From positions 17,239-81,238 of the forward strand of contig CAZWXD010000004.1 in assembly GCA_964638035.1 (NCBI GenBank): a stretch of DNA of 64,000 bases. Direction: 5' to 3'. Positions 63,772 to 64,000 of this stretch are shown here, piece by piece. The notes under the pieces were generated by a model. The model was not told where the DNA came from. It searched no databases and saw nothing but the letters and a program-made list of their open reading frames with translations. Origin of the DNA: an uncultured Gemmatimonadaceae bacterium (lineage in GTDB: Bacteria > Gemmatimonadota > Gemmatimonadetes > Gemmatimonadales > GWC2-71-9). The stretch's first letter is position 1. The number at the start of each line of letters is the position of its first letter. The translations under genes were made by a program, and so were the position numbers.

Positions 63772-64000
63772 ATGGGCGTGGGGTGCCGATGCCGGTGGCC
63801 ATCGTGGGCATGGCGTGCCGCTTCCCCGGTGGCGTGACGGATCCCGCCGGGTTCTGGCGCCTGCTGGACCGGGGCGGCGATGCGATAACCCGGATCCCGC
63901 CCGATCGGTTCGACGTCGAGCACTTCTTCGATCCGGCGCCGGCCACGCCCGGGCGGATCATGAGCGCGCACGGCGGCTTCCTCGATGGACTGCGGGAGTT
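63768..64000 (+). CDS. Type I polyketide synthase, KS N-terminus. The ORF runs off the window end.
   Basis: Not in the track; this is my own translation. ATG 63768 overlaps the thioesterase stop (ATGA) and gives [56 protein letters not shown]. Confidence 0.85.
   Translation, partial: [77 protein letters not shown]

Overview
This is a visibly GC-rich bacterial chromosomal window (GC not computed; third codon positions are almost all G/C). It is densely coding. By eye I found no rRNA, tRNA, CRISPR array, transposase or integrase. The GC content fills the six-frame track with long antisense shadow ORFs, so I resolved 53 CDS from motif content and, where needed, my own translation.

Layout:
(i) 1-9.1 kb, minus strand: a hybrid NRPS-PKS. 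The NRPS module reads formyltransferase-like domain, half C domain, A domain split by a luciferase-like monooxygenase, then PCP. It overlaps by 4 nt a PKS reading KS-AT-KR-DH that runs off the left edge.
(ii) 9.3-45 kb: a large exopolysaccharide locus of PEP-CTERM/XrtA flavour.
- Locus-type markers: TIGR03006-like deacetylase, FemAB-like protein, DegT aminotransferase.
- Assembly and export: Wzx, Wzy/O-antigen-ligase-like protein, Wzc, Wza, priming sugar transferase.
- Glycosyltransferases and modifiers: several GT2/GT4/GT-C enzymes, ATP-grasp, acyltransferase-3, WecB.
- Regulation: a sigma-54 NtrC-type regulator with a soluble histidine kinase, and a receiver/degenerate-GGDEF protein.
- No exosortase or PEP-CTERM substrate lies in the window.
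- Nested in the locus are a synthase-type module (QxxRW GT2, NodB deacetylase, MBOAT + SGNH pair, three paralogous lipoproteins) and an operon of methyltransferase, HMG-CoA lyase and CoA-transferase.
(iii) 45-62.7 kb: mostly housekeeping genes (NYN/OST-HTH protein, 3-methyladenine glycosylase, kbl-tdh, RlmI-like methyltransferase, aroH, thiE, mltG, ruvX, rho and others).
(iv) 63-64 kb: a type II thioesterase overlapping the start of a second PKS that runs off the right edge.

The least explained signals are:
- Three intercistronic tandem arrays of an 8-nt unit (YCCTGACG, with TGACGTCA palindromic cores). Each begins at, and supplies, the stop codon and last codons of the upstream gene.
- The unusual NRPS/PKS architectures.
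- The lipoprotein paralog trio.
- Candidate -24/-12 promoters next to the sigma-54 activator.
- Three genes whose conserved N-termini lack any ATG/GTG/TTG start.

All family names are motif-level recognition by eye. No database search was run.
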